The notes beneath the pieces are model-generated. The model ran no database searches, had not been told where the DNA came from, and saw only the letters and a program-made list of their open reading frames with translations. 64,000 nt of DNA from Bacteroidota bacterium (GTDB lineage Bacteria; Bacteroidota; Bacteroidia; JACCXN01): NCBI GenBank assembly GCA_013696965.1, contig JACCXN010000083.1, forward strand, positions 30,363 to 94,362, in the 5' to 3' direction. The position numbers were made by a program, and so were the translations under genes. Position 1 is the stretch's first letter. Every line of letters starts with the position of its first letter. This document shows positions 10,039-19,979 of this stretch, one piece after another.

Positions 10039-11205
10039 TTGTTATTTTATTTTAAATATTCCAAGTTTTTTTCTTTTGTTTTTTTGCTTTTAATAGGCTG
10101 CTTTGGCTTATTTAATCAGTCTGCTTTTGCTAATACTGCAGGAGGATCAGAGGATGAAAAGGAGGTAAAGGATACAGTAAGGGCAATAGTTTTATACGGA
10201 AACAAATTTCTTATAAAACCTTCTGCAAAATTTTCCGAAGAAATCGTTTTTCAATATATTGATTCACTGTTCAATATGCCTTCAAGACCTGATGAGTTAA
10301 TAAAACAAATCAATCTTTTTATAGCGGTTAAAGAAAAATCAGAAAGTGAAATTTATATGCTTATTGATTCATTGTTTGAATTGGAACATGTACCCTATGC
10401 CTTGATTAATCAAATAAATTATTTTGTAGCCACAAGAGCGGGAACAGAGGTTGATATTACAAAGGCGGTTGCTATTACTTCATTTTATGATGAATCGGAA
10501 TTTCCTGGGAATTGTTTTTATGATAGCTGGGATACGCATGTTACTCACCCCTACACTGATGATCTTTGGAGAGAAGACTCTTCTCCCATTGTGCTTGTTT
10601 TGCGCGATACCATGAATTTTTGCAACTACATACACCCTCATAAAGGTAAGGTGAGTTCTAATTTTGGAAGGCGCGATGGTAAAAATCACAATGGAATTGA
10701 CATTAGTTTAAGAACTGGAGAGCCTGTACTTTCTGCCTTTGATGGGAAAGTAAGAATAGCAAGGAATCATGGTGGGTATGGAAATGTTGTGGTTGTAAGA
10801 CATTACAATGGCCTGGAAACATTGTATGCCCATTTACACAAAATTAAAGTAAAACCTGGCCAGGAGATTGCGGCGGGGCAGCTGGTAGGACTTGGCGGAA
10901 ATACAGGGCGCTCAACAGGTAGTCACTTGCATTTTGAGGTTCGTTTTAAAGGAAAGCCTCTGAACCCAAATCATTTAATAAATTTTTCTGAAAAACAATT
11001 AAAGCACGAGGCCATTGTATTGAATAAGACTAAATGGTCCTATTCTATATGTGCGGAAGGAGCTGAATACCACCTTGTGGAAAAAGGGGAATACTTATCT
11101 GAGATTGCTGAACGTTATGGTTTATCCGTTATTCAACTATGTGAATTTAATAGCTTAAGCCGAAAATCAATTTTACAGGTTGGCCAAAGGCTTAGGGTAA
11201 GCTAA
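10039..11205 (+). CDS. M23 family metallopeptidase with C-terminal LysM domain
   Basis: HNGID, LYAHL, STGSHLHFE; LysM YHLVEKGEYLSEIAERYG...LQVGQRL; N-terminal signal-like segment. Confidence 0.9.
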   Translation: MLFYFKYSKFFSFVFLLLIGCFGLFNQSAFANTAGGSEDEKEVKDTVRAIVLYGNKFLIKPSAKFSEEIVFQYIDSLFNMPSRPDELIKQINLFIAVKEKSESEIYMLIDSLFELEHVPYALINQINYFVATRAGTEVDITKAVAITSFYDESEFPGNCFYDSWDTHVTHPYTDDLWREDSSPIVLVLRDTMNFCNYIHPHKGKVSSNFGRRDGKNHNGIDISLRTGEPVLSAFDGKVRIARNHGGYGNVVVVRHYNGLETLYAHLHKIKVKPGQEIAAGQLVGLGGNTGRSTGSHLHFEVRFKGKPLNPNHLINFSEKQLKHEAIVLNKTKWSYSICAEGAEYHLVEKGEYLSEIAERYGLSVIQLCEFNSLSRKSILQVGQRLRVS

Positions 11206-11214
11206 AATAATAAG

Positions 11215-11550
11215 ATGATTGACTTTACAAATTATAAAATACATTCCACTAAGAAAGACTTTATGGTTTTTCATTTTGACCATAAAGATCAATCGCTATA
11301 TTTTGAGCAGTTATTAACACAAAATAATTTATTTTTTGAAAAGCACCTGGAAAACGAGAAAAATTTCCTTGTTTATTATGGGATTCGAAAATCCGATTTT
11401 ACAAAAGTAAACGAACTCAACAATATTTCAAATGGTAAATTTCGCAAGCCTTTTATTTCTGATAAATATTTAAGATATACTGTATTGTCTTTGTTTTTTA
11501 TTATGATGGCCCTTGCAGTAACCGGAATGATTGTAAATGCCCTGAAATAA
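11215..11550 (+). CDS. Hypothetical protein with C-terminal transmembrane helix
   Basis: 111-aa ORF tightly packed between the M23 and Nudix genes; hydrophobic C-terminus. Confidence 0.7.
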   Translation: MIDFTNYKIHSTKKDFMVFHFDHKDQSLYFEQLLTQNNLFFEKHLENEKNFLVYYGIRKSDFTKVNELNNISNGKFRKPFISDKYLRYTVLSLFFIMMALAVTGMIVNALK

Positions 11551-11555
11551 TTATT

Positions 11556-12203
11556 TTGGCTCCTTTTTCATTTATAGAATTACTCAAAAAACAGTTTTTA
11601 CTGCCCTTGCCTGGTAGCGAGGCACAGCAAAAAATGGCCCCTCATGGTCGAAAAAGTTTTAATTGTTCTGATTTTTCAGTATTAAATTCAAAAAAAGGAA
11701 GCATCTTAATTGCAATTTATCCCCATAACAACCTTTGGTTAACTGCTTATATTAAAAGAACTGAATACACGGGAGTACATAGTGGGCAAATTAGTTTTCC
11801 GGGTGGGAAGTTCGAACCAAGGGACATTAGTGCTGAAAATACAGCATTAAGAGAAACTTATGAGGAAATAGGTGTATTTCCAGAAGAGGTAGAAATAATA
11901 GGACAATTAAGTGATTTATATATTCCAGCCAGTAATTTTATTGTAACACCTTTTGTTGGTTTTATTCCAATTCGACCTCAATTTAAAATTCAAGAAAAAG
12001 AAGTTGCAGCACTTATTGAGGTAGAACTCAATACTATTTTAAAGGCCTCTGAAAATGTTGCAACAACTAAAATACGAACTGTGTCTGATAGGGTTATTAC
12101 CGCTCCTGTTTATCAATTTGAACAACATCTTATATGGGGGGCAACTGCTATGATTACAAGTGAGTTTATAGAGCTTGTGAAAATGACAGGAATGAAACTA
12201 TAG
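11556..12203 (+). CDS. Nudix hydrolase, CoA pyrophosphatase type
   Basis: HSGQISFPGG plus Nudix box ALRETYEEIG; IWGATA. Confidence 0.9.
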   Translation: MAPFSFIELLKKQFLLPLPGSEAQQKMAPHGRKSFNCSDFSVLNSKKGSILIAIYPHNNLWLTAYIKRTEYTGVHSGQISFPGGKFEPRDISAENTALRETYEEIGVFPEEVEIIGQLSDLYIPASNFIVTPFVGFIPIRPQFKIQEKEVAALIEVELNTILKASENVATTKIRTVSDRVITAPVYQFEQHLIWGATAMITSEFIELVKMTGMKL

Positions 12204-12208
12204 TTTTA

Positions 12209-12400
12209 TTAGGCTCCAATAACCCTTACAAACATCCAAAAAATAAGATAGATAAGAATAAAGCTCACAATAATCAGGGCCGTTCCTTTAAAATATTTTT
12301 TGTTTTTCTGGTAGTCTTTCCGATAGGCCCAAGCTATACCAATTATGAAAGCCAGCACAAAAAATAGGGCGAATATTACTTGGCCTTGTGTAAAATTCAT
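12209..12400 (-). CDS. Small two-helix membrane protein
   Basis: 63 aa; two hydrophobic segments around YRKD...KKYFKG; fills the gap between neighbouring genes. Confidence 0.7.
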   Translation of the reverse strand: MNFTQGQVIFALFFVLAFIIGIAWAYRKDYQKNKKYFKGTALIIVSFILIYLIFWMFVRVIGA

Positions 12401-12416
12401 TTGAATCGCGGAAAAC

Positions 12417-13232
12417 TTACTTTAAACTGATTTCTTCTGTGGAACTATCGTAGTTAAGGTAATGAACTGCTTTTTCCAGGTTAGTGCAGGAAATAACTTT
12501 GCCATATCCTTTTTTGGCCAGATTGCCATACTTGTCATAAATTTCATAACTGGTTTCGGAGCTAAAAACGATTTCTCTTGAGGATTTTGAATATGAATAG
12601 CTGACTTGAGTCATTTTAGCCCTTAATTTTATTTCTTCCGAATATCTTGGCTTATTGTTATTTCCCAATTGTTTTACTCTAAACTTATTCTCGCCTGAAA
12701 CTAAAGGAATTTTAAATGAATATGCGTTTTCCTCTGGCGTTCCTTTGCCTTGTACCTCCCCAACGTTTACCCATTTGTTCCATTTAAAATGTTCAACGTA
12801 ATAGGGCAATGAACCCGTCTCGTTTTTTGTAGACCAGTTTATTATTCCATCATGGTTAACTTTAATGGATGTGGTTTCAAAGGTAGGCATAGGTTTAAGC
12901 ACATCAGGGTTAAGAACTTTTGGAGAACAACCATCTTTGTGTTTTATTTCAACAATTACGTCTGTTCCAACTGCAATCATCTCCTGGTTAAAATCAATTT
13001 CAAAAGCACTTGAATTAATTGGATCAGTAGTGACTTTGCCGTTTATGGTAACTTCATATACACAAAATCCAACACCGGAACTAGCAAAACTATTTTGAAC
13101 ATACAAATTTTTATTCTGGTACTTTCCTTCTAAAATAATAATTCCTTTGCCGGAAGTTATTTTTGAATGAACAAGATTGCCGAATAAATTAAAAAACAAT
13201 AAAAAAACAAATGGGATAATTGTGTTTTTCAT
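12417..13232 (-). CDS. Secreted hypothetical protein with Ig-like module
   Basis: Signal-like N-terminus; upstream TATATTTG box; internal segment resembles the pre-CTD Ig-like module of the 59427 protein. Confidence 0.8.
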   Translation of the reverse strand: MKNTIIPFVFLLFFNLFGNLVHSKITSGKGIIILEGKYQNKNLYVQNSFASSGVGFCVYEVTINGKVTTDPINSSAFEIDFNQEMIAVGTDVIVEIKHKDGCSPKVLNPDVLKPMPTFETTSIKVNHDGIINWSTKNETGSLPYYVEHFKWNKWVNVGEVQGKGTPEENAYSFKIPLVSGENKFRVKQLGNNNKPRYSEEIKLRAKMTQVSYSYSKSSREIVFSSETSYEIYDKYGNLAKKGYGKVISCTNLEKAVHYLNYDSSTEEISLK

Positions 13233-13279
13233 TCTTTCTGCTCGTATTTTAAATGATTATTTACTTTTCTTAATTGGTG

Positions 13280-13287
13280 CAAATATA
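13280..13287 (-). promoter_or_regulatory. Bacteroidota -7 promoter box
   Basis: TATATTTG(CA) on the minus strand upstream of 13232. Confidence 0.6.
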
Positions 13288-13655
13288 AATAATTATCAGG
13301 TTAATCACAACCAGTTTGTTTTTTAATTAAAAACCGAAAATTCAGGGAGAATTAAATGTTTTTTTTAAAATGTGCCCCTGCTAAATCAATAAAATAAAAA
13401 CCATTTATTTTTTTTAAATCTTTTTTCTTGTTTTAATTTTTGAACCATTAAGAAAGACTCAATAAAACAAGTATTAAGTTAAAAAGAATAAATTTATTTT
13501 AAGGAAATAAGCCACTCCATAAATTATATAGTTCAAATTCCATTATAAAGCAGGAGATATTTTTATTGTTTTTTACAATAAATCCAACAATATTCATTTA
13601 ATCTATTAGCTTTTATGCTTAAATACCTTTTCCGGTTTCGGATAGTTATTTTATA

Positions 13656-13663
13656 TATTTTTG
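13656..13663 (+). promoter_or_regulatory. Bacteroidota -7 promoter box
   Basis: TATTTTTG(CA) upstream of 13690. Confidence 0.55.
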
Positions 13664-13689
13664 CATTCAAATAAAGAAAGTTTAAAAGA

Positions 13690-15807
13690 ATGAAATTGTG
13701 TAGGGTTTTAATAATTGCTTTTTTTATTTCCTTGGCTGGTCAAGTATTTGCCGGTAAACTTGAAAAAGGGTATCAGGCCTTGGAAGTTTACGATTACTTT
13801 AAGGCAAAAAAATATTTCGAGTCTGTCTTGAAAAAAAATGTATGCGGTGCTTCCTATGGTTTAAGCCTTATCTATTTTAATGAAAAGAATCCTTTCCATA
13901 ATTTTGATTCAGCATATGCTAATGTTAAAGCCGCATTGGAAAATTATCCTTTACTTTCTGAAAGGAATAAAATAAAGCTTGCTTCTTTAAAAATCGATTC
14001 CTTAGCCATTGCCAAACATAAAAACAATGTTTGCGAAAAAGCTTATCAGGCTACAGATATGCAGCAATCAGTAAAAGCATATAATAAATATATCGAATTT
14101 TATTTTGATTCAGAATTTATTGATCTTGCCATTCGCAAAAGAAATTTGCTTGCCTTTCAACAAGCCTCAATTCTCGATACACCTGAATCCTATTTTAATT
14201 TTATTGAATCCTATCCCAATTCAGAAGAGGTAACAGAGGCAAAAGTGTTATATGACAAAACCTTATATTATAGTTTTACCAAAGACAAGTCCCTTTATTC
14301 CTATCTTGATTTTATACAAAAGTACCCGGAAAGCCCTTATATTAGGGCAGCTGAAAACAATATTTATGAAATGGAAACAGCAGGGGGTGATTTGGAGGAT
14401 TTTCATAGGTTTATTAAAAAGCATCCATTAAACCGCAATGTAAATAATGCATGGCAGATGATTTACACAATATATACTGAAGACAGGAGGCCAGAAACTT
14501 TTGTTGATTTCCGGTTTGATTATCCTGAATTTCCTTTTATTGAACAAGTTGATAAAGATATAGAGCTATCTCAGGTTACTTATATTAGAGCCAGGAATAA
14601 AAACAAATGGGGATTTATCGATTTAAAAGGAAATGTTGTTGTAGAATTTGAGTTTGATGGAGCTGGTGATTTTTCATTTGGTCTTGTTGATGTTGAAAAA
14701 AATGGTAAAGCAGGATTTGTTGATAAACAGGGGAAAGTGCATATTGACTTTATTTATGATGAAGTTGAGGAATTCAGAAAAAACATAGTTGTTGTAAAAT
14801 CAAATGATCTTGCAGGAGTGATAAGCCGCAAGGGGAAAATATTGCTTCCATTGGAATATGAGGATATATTTGAATTTCATGAAGGTTATGCCCTTGTAAT
14901 AAAGGATGATTTATATGGCTACATTGATGAGGATGCACGAATTGCCATTGATTGCAAATTTGAAGACGCTTCGGGATTTTCAGAGGGGCTTGCAAAGGTA
15001 AAAGTTAATGATAAATATGGATTCATAAATCAAACAGGATTTTTTCTTATTCCTGCAGTATTTGAATGGACAGAAAGTTTCTACAATGGCATTGCACGGG
15101 TAAAAAGAGAAGATAAATATGGCTTGATAAACAATGCTGGAAAACTTATTATTTCCTATGAATATGATATGATAGATAGATCCTCTGAAGGAATGATCCT
15201 TGTTTCTAAAAACAATAAATTTGGATTTGCCGATAGTTCAGGAAATATTGTTATCCCTTTGCTTTATGATTATACTCCTGGAATTACCGTTTTGGGTGGA
15301 TTTAACGAAGGGCTTGCAAGAGTAGATAAAAACAAAAAGAAAGGATTTATTGATAAGACAGGAAAAATTATTATTCCTGTAGAATATGAGGATTTAATGA
15401 TTTTTTCTCAAGGATTGGCAGGGTTTAAGAAAAAAGATAAATGGGGGTTTATTGATAAAAGCAATAAGGTTGTAGTTTCAAACATATATGATTATGTCTG
15501 GAATTTTAATGAAAAAAAAGCTCGGGTTAAAAAAGGAGAAAAGGTGGGTTTTATTGATAATTATGGTGCTTTATTTATTCCTGCAGATTATGAAGATGCC
15601 AAAGATTTTACAAATGGATTGGCCCTGGTTAAGAAAGAAGCATTATGGGGAATATTGGATGATAAAGGTCAAATTGTTTTATCCCTTGAATTTTCAGACA
15701 TTGAATTTTTAGATATTCCCTCTATTTTGCTTTTGAAAAAAGCAGGCAAAATGGCTTATTTCAATTACACTTTAAAACAATATGTTTGGAAGGAAGATGG
15801 ATTTTGA
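13690..15807 (+). CDS. WG-repeat-containing secreted protein with N-terminal helical repeats
   Basis: Signal peptide; many KWGFID/KYGFIN/FSEGLAKV units in the C-terminal half; N-terminal Y..FI..YP.S repeats. Confidence 0.85.
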   Translation: MKLCRVLIIAFFISLAGQVFAGKLEKGYQALEVYDYFKAKKYFESVLKKNVCGASYGLSLIYFNEKNPFHNFDSAYANVKAALENYPLLSERNKIKLASLKIDSLAIAKHKNNVCEKAYQATDMQQSVKAYNKYIEFYFDSEFIDLAIRKRNLLAFQQASILDTPESYFNFIESYPNSEEVTEAKVLYDKTLYYSFTKDKSLYSYLDFIQKYPESPYIRAAENNIYEMETAGGDLEDFHRFIKKHPLNRNVNNAWQMIYTIYTEDRRPETFVDFRFDYPEFPFIEQVDKDIELSQVTYIRARNKNKWGFIDLKGNVVVEFEFDGAGDFSFGLVDVEKNGKAGFVDKQGKVHIDFIYDEVEEFRKNIVVVKSNDLAGVISRKGKILLPLEYEDIFEFHEGYALVIKDDLYGYIDEDARIAIDCKFEDASGFSEGLAKVKVNDKYGFINQTGFFLIPAVFEWTESFYNGIARVKREDKYGLINNAGKLIISYEYDMIDRSSEGMILVSKNNKFGFADSSGNIVIPLLYDYTPGITVLGGFNEGLARVDKNKKKGFIDKTGKIIIPVEYEDLMIFSQGLAGFKKKDKWGFIDKSNKVVVSNIYDYVWNFNEKKARVKKGEKVGFIDNYGALFIPADYEDAKDFTNGLALVKKEALWGILDDKGQIVLSLEFSDIEFLDIPSILLLKKAGKMAYFNYTLKQYVWKEDGF

Positions 15808-15865
15808 AATTTTGGTTTTAAAAGATGACGTTTAAAGGAATTTTTCTACTAAAAAACAACAAATA

Positions 15866-15901
15866 AAAAAGAGGCTGACCAAATAAGGGCAGCCTCTTTT
15901 T
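15866..15901. terminator. Bidirectional terminator between convergent WG-repeat and yceI genes
   Basis: AAAAAGAGGCTG ... CAGCCTCTTTTT inverted repeat. Confidence 0.75.
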
Positions 15902-15919
15902 GTTTTCACTTATTTAATA

Positions 15920-16525
15920 TTATTTTTTACTTGCTGCTAATTTGAAATTCAAAGTAAAATCATTTGAAATTGCCTTGTTACCAATGTTTTCAAAAAATGT
16001 TGCTGATCCATAACGAACATCGTATATTGTTCTGTCAATAGTTACTTCACCTACCGTTACAATATTATCATCCTTTACAGAAATTATAGCAGGAAAAGAC
16101 AATTCATGCGTAATACCTTTAATTGTTAAATCACCGGAAATCGTATTGTTAGGTTTTCCTTCGGTTGCGCCTTTAATGGGTTTTATACTTTTTATAACAT
16201 AAACAGCCGTATTGAATTTATCCACAGCAAAGAAATCATCGGATTTTAAATGTCCTACCAGTTTTTCTCCCATTTCACCCTGCATATCAGAGCAAGTTAT
16301 GGAAGTCATGTCAACGGTAATTGTACCGCCTTGAATAGCACCGTTTTTAACCAAAAGGTCACTGTTTGAAATAGAAATTTCACCATTGTGTTTTCCGGTT
16401 ACTTTTTTTCCGGTCCATTCAATTTTACTTACCGAACTGTTTATTTTATATGCTTCTTCTTTTTTTTGTCCTATAGCAAATCCTGTAATTGATACTGTTA
16501 ATGCTAATAAAATGATCTTCTTCAT
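15920..16525 (-). CDS. YceI family lipid/polyisoprenoid-binding protein
   Basis: Signal peptide; S.IEWTGKKVTGKHNG, HLKSDDFF.V.KF, GDLTIKGIT, IDRT.YDV.YGS. Confidence 0.9.
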   Translation of the reverse strand: MKKIILLALTVSITGFAIGQKKEEAYKINSSVSKIEWTGKKVTGKHNGEISISNSDLLVKNGAIQGGTITVDMTSITCSDMQGEMGEKLVGHLKSDDFFAVDKFNTAVYVIKSIKPIKGATEGKPNNTISGDLTIKGITHELSFPAIISVKDDNIVTVGEVTIDRTIYDVRYGSATFFENIGNKAISNDFTLNFKLAASKK

Positions 16526-16539
16526 AATTATTTGTTTTG

Positions 16540-16573
<34 letters not shown>

Positions 16574-16574
16574 G

Positions 16575-17285
16575 TTAATTCATTGGTAATTCAATTATTA
16601 ATAAATCGCATGATTCAAGCGATTTTATTTTAAGATTTTCTGTTTCCCATATTCCTATTGCATCTCGTTTGTTTAATGTTTCCCCATCAATTTCTGCCTT
16701 TCCTTCAATTAAAAAGAAATATATTCCGTTTGATTTGTTCTTCAAATGGTAATCAACAGTATGGTTGTTTTCTAAATGACATAAAGAAAAAAATGCATCC
16801 TGGTTTATCCATAAACAGTCATTCTGGATGTTTGGTGAAACAACTGTTTGAAATTTATTTATTCTGTCTTCAAGAAAAAATTTTTTTTCCCCGTATTTAG
16901 GGATAATGTTTTTTATTTTTGGAAACACCCATATCTGTAGTAGGTTTATGGATTCTGATTTAGAATGGTTGTATTCAGAATGAGTAATTCCTTTACCTGC
17001 AGACATAATCTGAACTTCCCCCTGGTTTATCACCGAAACATGCCCCATACTATCCTTGTGAGCTAAAGCTCCATTTATTACAAGCGTAATTATCTCCATA
17101 TTTTCATGGGGATGTTCAGGAAAACCCATCCCTGGAGAAATATAATCATCATTCAAAACACGTAACTTTCCAAAATGCATTTTTAAAGGATCGTAATATT
17201 CTGCAAAACTAAAAGAGCGATTTGCTTTTAACCACCCATGATCAGCAAATCCACGTTTATTAGAAGGATAAATTGTTTTTTTCAT
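16575..17285 (-). CDS. Pirin family protein (YhhW-like)
   Basis: RGFADHGWL, FG.LRVLNDD, GF..HPHENMEIIT, H.DSMG, MSAGKGITHSE, LLQIW. Confidence 0.92.
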   Translation of the reverse strand: MKKTIYPSNKRGFADHGWLKANRSFSFAEYYDPLKMHFGKLRVLNDDYISPGMGFPEHPHENMEIITLVINGALAHKDSMGHVSVINQGEVQIMSAGKGITHSEYNHSKSESINLLQIWVFPKIKNIIPKYGEKKFFLEDRINKFQTVVSPNIQNDCLWINQDAFFSLCHLENNHTVDYHLKNKSNGIYFFLIEGKAEIDGETLNKRDAIGIWETENLKIKSLESCDLLIIELPMN

Positions 17286-17290
17286 TTTGT

Positions 17291-17740
17291 TTAACCCCTT
17301 GCTTTATCTAATAATTCATTTAAAAGTGCGGCCTCTTTCTGTGTAAGGGAATTAATGCCTTCAGCAAACTGTTTTTCAATTTTATCAATTTCAGCCAGTA
17401 ATTCAAGTCCGTTTTGATTTATTTTTACATTTACTGATCTCCTGTCTTGTGGACAAGTAATACGCTCAATAAGTTTTTTTAATCTTAATTTCTCCACTAT
17501 TCTAGAGGCATTTGAATTTTTATCCAGCATCCTGTCGATAATTAAATTTACTGTTGCCGTATTAGGAAACTGGCCCCGTAAAATCCTCAATACATTATAC
17601 TGGGGAGGAGTAATGCCATATTTTTTAAACAATTGTGTTTGTTTCAAATTAAGCCACGAAGCGGTATAAAGGATATTGATAACTGCTTTTTGGTAATCAT
17701 CCTTAAATACTTCTTGTTTTATTTCCTGTTCTATTTTCAT
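17291..17740 (-). CDS. MarR family transcriptional regulator
   Basis: ITPPQYNVLRIL, MLDKNSNASRIVEKL, R.TCPQDRRSV. ATG at 17740 preferred because the TTG at 17761 overlaps the -7 box. Confidence 0.9.
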   Translation of the reverse strand: MKIEQEIKQEVFKDDYQKAVINILYTASWLNLKQTQLFKKYGITPPQYNVLRILRGQFPNTATVNLIIDRMLDKNSNASRIVEKLRLKKLIERITCPQDRRSVNVKINQNGLELLAEIDKIEKQFAEGINSLTQKEAALLNELLDKARG

Positions 17741-17758
17741 CTTTTGATTTCTATAACG

Positions 17759-17792
17759 CAAATATATGTAAAGACATTATATGTACCAACAT
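17759..17792 (-). promoter_or_regulatory. -7 box (TATATTTG, 17759-17766) with two tandem ATGT-N4-ACAT palindromes, candidate MarR operator
   Basis: ATGTAAAGACAT at 17766-17777 and ATGTACCAACAT at 17781-17792. Confidence 0.6.
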
Positions 17793-17938
17793 TTAAATAA
17801 ATATTTTTACTAATTGCTTGATTTTTATTTAAATATACTTGGTGATTAAATTTTATTCCTGATTAAAGAAGGCTGTGAATATTAAAAACAGAAAGATGGC
17901 AATGGTTTAAGTAATGAAATTTATTTTAAAAACTAAAA

Positions 17939-18703
17939 TTAAACATAACCAACCAGGAAGTAAATAACATATCCCAGCCATTCATGAATTATTACCCTCC
18001 AGTTATAGAGGGTTTGCATATTTGGCAGAAAGAGGAAATCAAGCTGTTTTCTTCTTGTTCCACTTAAACGATCAGTGGTATAGGAGGTGGTTTGCAGGCC
18101 AACTTTTTCAAAACAAGCTTGTGACCTTCGCATATGATAACCAGAGGTTATTAGTAGCAATTTTGAATCCTGTAGACCAATCTTTTTAAGTTCCTCAAAT
18201 GTGAACAAAGCATTTTCTCTGGTGTTTTTTGATTCAAATTCAATGATTATGTCTCTTTCAGGAATACCAATTGTTAATAGATATGCTTTAATAAATTTGG
18301 CCTCCTTCATATCTGGGAAAGTAAGACTTCCTGAGCCTCCACTGATTAAAAGTTTACTTATAAATCCTTTTTTATACAAATCCACTCCTTGAACAACCCT
18401 GTCAAAACTGTTGTGAATCTGCAGCCGCTGGAGCTCTTCATCATAAGTTGTGGCTCCACCTAGTATAATGCCAACTTCGTAATTTGATATTTCTTTTTGG
18501 CTTTTTGCGGGAATTTCCCATTGTCGAACCACTTCATTAAAAATAAATTCATTGGAAAAAAGGTAAATTAAAAAAATGCAAATCAGAAGGATCCTGTTTT
18601 TTCTCTTTGGAATAGCCTGAAAATATGCTATAAAGAGCAAAACAAAAATCCAAATAAGAGGAGTGGTTAAAAAACTTAATATTTTTGATGCGATAAAAAA
18701 CAT
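17939..18703 (-). CDS. YdcF/DUF218 family membrane-anchored protein
   Basis: N-terminal TM helices; IILGG, LLISGGSG, E..SKNTRENA, LITSGYHMRRS, HEWLG. Confidence 0.88.
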   Translation of the reverse strand: MFFIASKILSFLTTPLIWIFVLLFIAYFQAIPKRKNRILLICIFLIYLFSNEFIFNEVVRQWEIPAKSQKEISNYEVGIILGGATTYDEELQRLQIHNSFDRVVQGVDLYKKGFISKLLISGGSGSLTFPDMKEAKFIKAYLLTIGIPERDIIIEFESKNTRENALFTFEELKKIGLQDSKLLLITSGYHMRRSQACFEKVGLQTTSYTTDRLSGTRRKQLDFLFLPNMQTLYNWRVIIHEWLGYVIYFLVGYV

Positions 18704-18832
18704 GGCTGCTAAAAACTTTAAATTCTCATATTGTTTTCAAAGAACTGAAATTTTCATTAATTATAATCTTCTAATATGTAAAAAGGTGGTGGAAATATTA
18801 AAAACTCAAAATAACTGTTATTAAAATAAGTG

Positions 18833-18840
18833 TAATTTTG
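18833..18840 (+). promoter_or_regulatory. Bacteroidota -7 promoter box
   Basis: TAATTTTG just upstream of 18854. Confidence 0.5.
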
Positions 18841-18853
18841 AAATTATTTAAGG

Positions 18854-19897
18854 ATGAAACTAAAAAAACCTCTATTTTATTTTTTTGGATTTACCGGACT
18901 GCTTATTTTGTCAGGTTTAATCTTTAATTTAAGTCTTTTGAATTATGGGCTTTCTCAGTTAAAAGGACAATTGCATGTTATAATTAATGCACAACCCATT
19001 GAAAAAGTTCTGGCAGATCCTCTATTTCCAGACTCTCTAAAGAATAAATTAATTTTGATACAGGAAATTAATGCTTTTGCCATGCAACATATTGGAATTA
19101 ATCCATCAAACAATTACACTTCGGTATATGATCAAAAAGGCAAGCCTGTATTGTGGGTACTTACTGCTTCTGATCCTTATCAATTAAAAGAATATGAATG
19201 GTCTTTTCCATTTTTAGGTAATGTCTCTTACAAAGGATTTTTCGAATATGGCAGAGGGGAAATAGAATTGGAAAAATTAAAATCAGAGGGATATGATGCA
19301 GAACTGGGGGCTGTAGGAGCATGGTCAACATTGGGATGGTTTAATGACCCTATATTATCCAATATGCTCAATAGGAATGAAGGAGATTTGGCTAATCTTG
19401 TGATTCACGAGCTTACCCACAATACTTTATTTGTGAAAGACGATGTTGATTTTAATGAAAACCTGGCGAGTTTTATTGGACATCAAGGAGCCTTGAGATT
19501 TTTGGTTTATAAATTCGGAGAAAATTCTCCTCAAATGCAAAAATACCTGGAAAGCAGCACCGATGAAAAAGTGTACAATGATTATATAAACAAAAGCGCT
19601 CTTAGACTCGATAGCTTGTATATGACCATGGATAATCAGCAAAACCATATAAAAGAAGAGTTGAAAAACAATATGCTTAAAGAGATTATTTCACAATCAG
19701 AGAGCCTGGAGTTACATAACAAACAGAGATATACAGAACTTACAAAAAAAATAGAGAACTATAAAAATGCTTTTTTTCTCTCCTACATTAGATATGGAGC
19801 CAAGCAGGATGACTTTGAACAGGAACTTGATATGCTCTTTAAAAATGACCTAAAGGCATATCTGCTTCATTTAAAAGCCTTATACCCCTCTTTATAA
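18854..19897 (+). CDS. Putative zinc aminopeptidase (PF10023-like)
   Basis: HExxH in LVIHELTHNT followed by FNENLASFIG; W.FPFLG.V.YKGFF; AWSTLGWFNDP. Confidence 0.85.
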   Translation: MKLKKPLFYFFGFTGLLILSGLIFNLSLLNYGLSQLKGQLHVIINAQPIEKVLADPLFPDSLKNKLILIQEINAFAMQHIGINPSNNYTSVYDQKGKPVLWVLTASDPYQLKEYEWSFPFLGNVSYKGFFEYGRGEIELEKLKSEGYDAELGAVGAWSTLGWFNDPILSNMLNRNEGDLANLVIHELTHNTLFVKDDVDFNENLASFIGHQGALRFLVYKFGENSPQMQKYLESSTDEKVYNDYINKSALRLDSLYMTMDNQQNHIKEELKNNMLKEIISQSESLELHNKQRYTELTKKIENYKNAFFLSYIRYGAKQDDFEQELDMLFKNDLKAYLLHLKALYPSL

Positions 19898-19925
19898 ACT
19901 TCTTGTTTTAGTTAACGTTAAAGAT

Positions 19926-19933
19926 TAAATTTG
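19926..19933 (+). promoter_or_regulatory. Bacteroidota -7 promoter box
   Basis: TAAATTTG upstream of 19980. Confidence 0.5.
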
Positions 19934-19979
19934 TGCTTTGAAAATAATATTTTAAATTATTAATTTAAGGGGGACCACT

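Noticed and set aside
17741-17761. TTG start at 17761 for the MarR gene (ORF track)
   Set aside because: It overlaps the -7 promoter box, so the ATG at 17740 is more plausible.
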